Part shown: positions 35,566 through 38,199 of the stretch, piece after piece | Position numbering within the stretch: the stretch's first letter is position 1 | Layout of the letters: every line of letters starts with the position of its first letter | Source: a virus | Lineage: Duplodnaviria > Caudoviricetes | IMG/VR virus record: IMGVR_UViG_3300037458_000574 | Coordinates: 1-38,199 of that record | Reading direction: 5' to 3' (one strand) | DNA length: 38,199 nt | Notes under the pieces: generated by a model | The model's database searches: none | Told to the model about the DNA's origin: nothing | Seen by the model: only the letters and a program-made list of their open reading frames with translations | Position numbers and translations under genes: made by a program

Positions 35566-35841
35566 ATGGGAATACTCGCAAAGTTAAAGGCACTTTGGAA
35601 GGCAAAAGGAGCGATAAAAAAAGTTCAGGAGGCTTACGTGAAAGACGGAATCAAAACAACGGAATTTTGGTTGTCGGCGTTGGCGATGGCACAAACCATC
35701 CTGGAGACGTACAAGGGGAACCTTGACCCTAAGACGGCGGCGATCATTTCTGCCGTGCTGGCCCTGGGTTTTAGCATCGTGAGAGCGATCACGAAATCGG
35801 CGGCGTATGTGTCGGCGGCCAAGGTGCCCGAGTCGAAATAA
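35566..35841 (+). CDS. Putative holin
   Basis: AAGGAG RBS; GIKTTEFWL motif and hydrophobic helices; follows the endolysin. Confidence 0.65.
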   Translation: MGILAKLKALWKAKGAIKKVQEAYVKDGIKTTEFWLSALAMAQTILETYKGNLDPKTAAIISAVLALGFSIVRAITKSAAYVSAAKVPESK

Positions 35842-36443
35842 TGGCTAACCTTCTCCGCCTGTTTAAGAAGTTCCCGGCGGCTCCCCTGCCGGACTTTGAA
35901 CGCATGGACATTGCCGACTTGCCGGGGGCTTCCGCTCTTTTGTTCTACGGCGGGAACAAACTGACGGAGCTTTTCGGTGGCCGCGTTTACCACCACCCTT
36001 ACACCCCGCCCGCCTTCCACGCCTCGCTTTACCTGGGAGCGGGGGATCATTTGAACGTCGGAAAGTTCCGCGCCGTCCAGCCTGTAAAAGATGAGTTCCG
36101 TTCGACGCGCCGGGTGGACGCTATCATATACGACATGACACCCGGTCAACGATTGGCGATTATCGAGGCGGGGCGGAAGGACACCACGAAGCCCAAGGTG
36201 GGGCTCCAGTTGCCTGATTACGGCTGGCAGGAGTATTTGCGTTTCGGGCTCCCCTGGTTCCGGCCCACGCACAAAGATATGTGCGCTGAGAATGTTTGTG
36301 AAAATATGGCCCTGGGCGCGGTGCGTGTTACCTACTACGCATACAGCGCAACCGCCCCGTGGTCGCTACTCGAATATGCCCTAGACTACCCCCGCGCTTG
36401 TCGCGTCGTTACGCTACACGTCGGGAAGGATTTCAAACGCTAA
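35841..36443 (+). CDS. Permuted papain-like (YiiX/YebB, NlpC/P60 superfamily) protein
   Basis: LLFYG...FHASLYLG (His) precedes DY and MCAENV (Cys), the circularly permuted order. Confidence 0.65.
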   Translation: MANLLRLFKKFPAAPLPDFERMDIADLPGASALLFYGGNKLTELFGGRVYHHPYTPPAFHASLYLGAGDHLNVGKFRAVQPVKDEFRSTRRVDAIIYDMTPGQRLAIIEAGRKDTTKPKVGLQLPDYGWQEYLRFGLPWFRPTHKDMCAENVCENMALGAVRVTYYAYSATAPWSLLEYALDYPRACRVVTLHVGKDFKR

Positions 36444-36608
36444 CACGATAGGAGGCCGTTATGACACGCCAAGAGTGCGGTTGCCGTGAATGTGCGATTA
36501 CGCAGGATTCCGCGACGGTGTTTAGGACGGCGTCTTTAGTGAAAACGAAAACGGGATGGGTATGGCGGTCGGTTCCTTGCGGCGGGAGAAAGCGGGGAGG
36601 GAGGCGAC

Positions 36609-36818
36609 GTGGAAAATAGTGCTTTGCATTTTGTAAATCGGCGGAACGTCGGGAAGTGTAATTATTCCGCCTTCAAGACTTTTCGCCCTTTCTCTATCAT
36701 CATTCGACGGACAAACGAGGCGGGGGAACTGACGGGAACATTTGAAACCGCCGACAAGTTCCTATTGGCGCGGGTGTGGAATAACGACGGCGCGCTAAGC
36801 GGGCTTCCGTTCCAATAA
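36609..36818 (+). CDS. Hypothetical protein
   Basis: GGAGG RBS before GTG; ends 4 nt before the next ATG. Confidence 0.5.
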   Translation: MENSALHFVNRRNVGKCNYSAFKTFRPFSIIIRRTNEAGELTGTFETADKFLLARVWNNDGALSGLPFQ

Positions 36819-36822
36819 CATC

Positions 36823-38199
36823 ATGGCTACCTGGAACGTAACGACCGACACGAACATCACCTCCATCTCCGGCACGAACGGGGACACCATTTCAATTTCC
36901 GCGAACGCCACGCTGACGATTGATTCAACTCCGACGTGGAGACCTGGCACAATCCAAGTAAGCGCGGAGCGAGGAACAATCCTGCTCACAAACTCAAGCA
37001 CGACAACACCTATTGTTCTGACTATCAATGACTTCTCAAATGACATCATTGTCACCGGTAACGGTATCTTCCGCACGCGGGGCCGATGGATAAATATCGG
37101 GACAGGCGACGGCACAGCTTCACAAACTTTGGACTTTGACACCTGCGTCGGCGGCGTCGCGATTGACCGGCCCATGTGTATGCTCGTGGAGAGGGAGAGA
37201 CTAGGGGACGATACAACCGAATGGAGTCTGACTAACATCGGGACACATGAAACGACAGGGCGGGACATTTGGCGCATAACCTGGTCGGACGGAACCGACC
37301 CAGGGTTTGCTGATTCAAGAACGCGAACCGGTGATTGGAAGATGCACTGCGTGGGCCATATCGTTATGAGTGGGTGGTCAAACTCAGCGAATAACGATGT
37401 GTTCAATGTCCACGACTACGACGAAGCTGGCGGGTGGATTGAGTTTGAAGCACCGCATTACGCTACACCTGTGGCAGAAGCGGATAAGACTTCCATCACG
37501 ATCAAAACGGCGCGGGTGTTCTACCATATCGGCGGTGCGTCGGACGCTTACGAACTCGCACTTACAGACTTCTATCCGAATTGGGAAGCGGGTCGAGTGT
37601 TCGCATATGAAACGAGCACGAAAGTAGCGACGTTCGGGAATGGCTCAACGGGCGGGGTGGTGGTTCCTAACGGCTCAAACATCTATTATCCCAACATTCA
37701 CGTCACTTCAGCAACGGGGAACGCGACCTATGGCTCGCGGTCTTTATTAAACGGTAACCCATCAGGCACAGTTGATATTGATTGTCTTGCCCTGAGTGAG
37801 CGAGTGATATTGTATGGGCTGACCAACCTTGCAACAGCGCGATTTAGAAATGTCTTTACGCAAGCATTTCAGAATATATACTTCGGCTATACAGCCGCGA
37901 TGGCGGAACTCATCATCAACGGCATTTATGCTGGCCTTGATACTGTAAGCACATCTCGTGTCAACTATGGTCGATTGCTTAGTTCTGTCGTTTCTCCACA
38001 TTTCGATGTGCGAAACATCGGGGCTTGCAATCGCAACGACGCATCAAATCAGTTAGATATTTTTGTTTCTAATCTATCCTCCCCTCTATATGCCTTTAAC
38101 TGGGAGAGTATAAAATACCGCAACGGCTATGCGAGCGTTGGAGTCACTTTCAACACCTGTAACGACGTTGTTCTTCGCAACGCATGTTTGGTCGGTGGT
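36823..38199 (+). CDS. Large tail spike/fiber-like protein, N-terminal part (runs off the window; not in ORF track)
   Basis: I translated 459 stop-free codons: MATWNVTTDTNITSISGTNGDTISISANATLTID...LRNACLVGG; T/N/G-rich, beta-solenoid-like. Confidence 0.8.
   Translation, partial: MATWNVTTDTNITSISGTNGDTISISANATLTIDSTPTWRPGTIQVSAERGTILLTNSSTTTPIVLTINDFSNDIIVTGNGIFRTRGRWINIGTGDGTASQTLDFDTCVGGVAIDRPMCMLVERERLGDDTTEWSLTNIGTHETTGRDIWRITWSDGTDPGFADSRTRTGDWKMHCVGHIVMSGWSNSANNDVFNVHDYDEAGGWIEFEAPHYATPVAEADKTSITIKTARVFYHIGGASDAYELALTDFYPNWEAGRVFAYETSTKVATFGNGSTGGVVVPNGSNIYYPNIHVTSATGNATYGSRSLLNGNPSGTVDIDCLALSERVILYGLTNLATARFRNVFTQAFQNIYFGYTAAMAELIINGIYAGLDTVSTSRVNYGRLLSSVVSPHFDVRNIGACNRNDASNQLDIFVSNLSSPLYAFNWESIKYRNGYASVGVTFNTCNDVVLRNACLVGG

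Noticed and set aside
36795-37406. 203-aa minus-strand ORF, and the many other antisense ORFs over structural genes and the integrase
   Set aside because: They shadow longer opposite-strand genes with recognisable motifs and show no motifs of their own.

Overview
The window is a near-complete, circularly permuted genome of a temperate tailed phage with a P22-like (podovirus) virion module, apparently in its excised form. An intact attP (3' half of tRNA-Leu(GAG) flanked by two arm-type repeats) lies between a large tail/receptor-binding gene, which is split across the window ends, and the tyrosine integrase. Gene order: lysogeny operon (Arc-like RHH repressor, lipoprotein, integrase); early genes (Cro-like HTH, Xis, RecT, PD-(D/E)XK nuclease, HNH-AP2, RusA, many small ORFs, an HNH protein with a DnaD-like tail); probable TerS, cupin and small virion proteins; TerL, portal, scaffold, major capsid; GT2, radical SAM, GT4; connector, nozzle, fiber, GNAT, ejection proteins; lysis genes. 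Main points: (1) a 915-nt group I intron splits the capsid gene and carries an HNH endonuclease on the opposite strand; (2) a GT2 + radical SAM + GT4 cassette sits inside the virion operon, a candidate virion glycosylation system; (3) small genes share a GRxSRDxLR module and repeated gene-junction sequences; (4) several structured non-coding regions; (5) a sharp C-rich to G-rich strand switch near terS. All calls come from motif reading and manual base-pairing; no searches were run.
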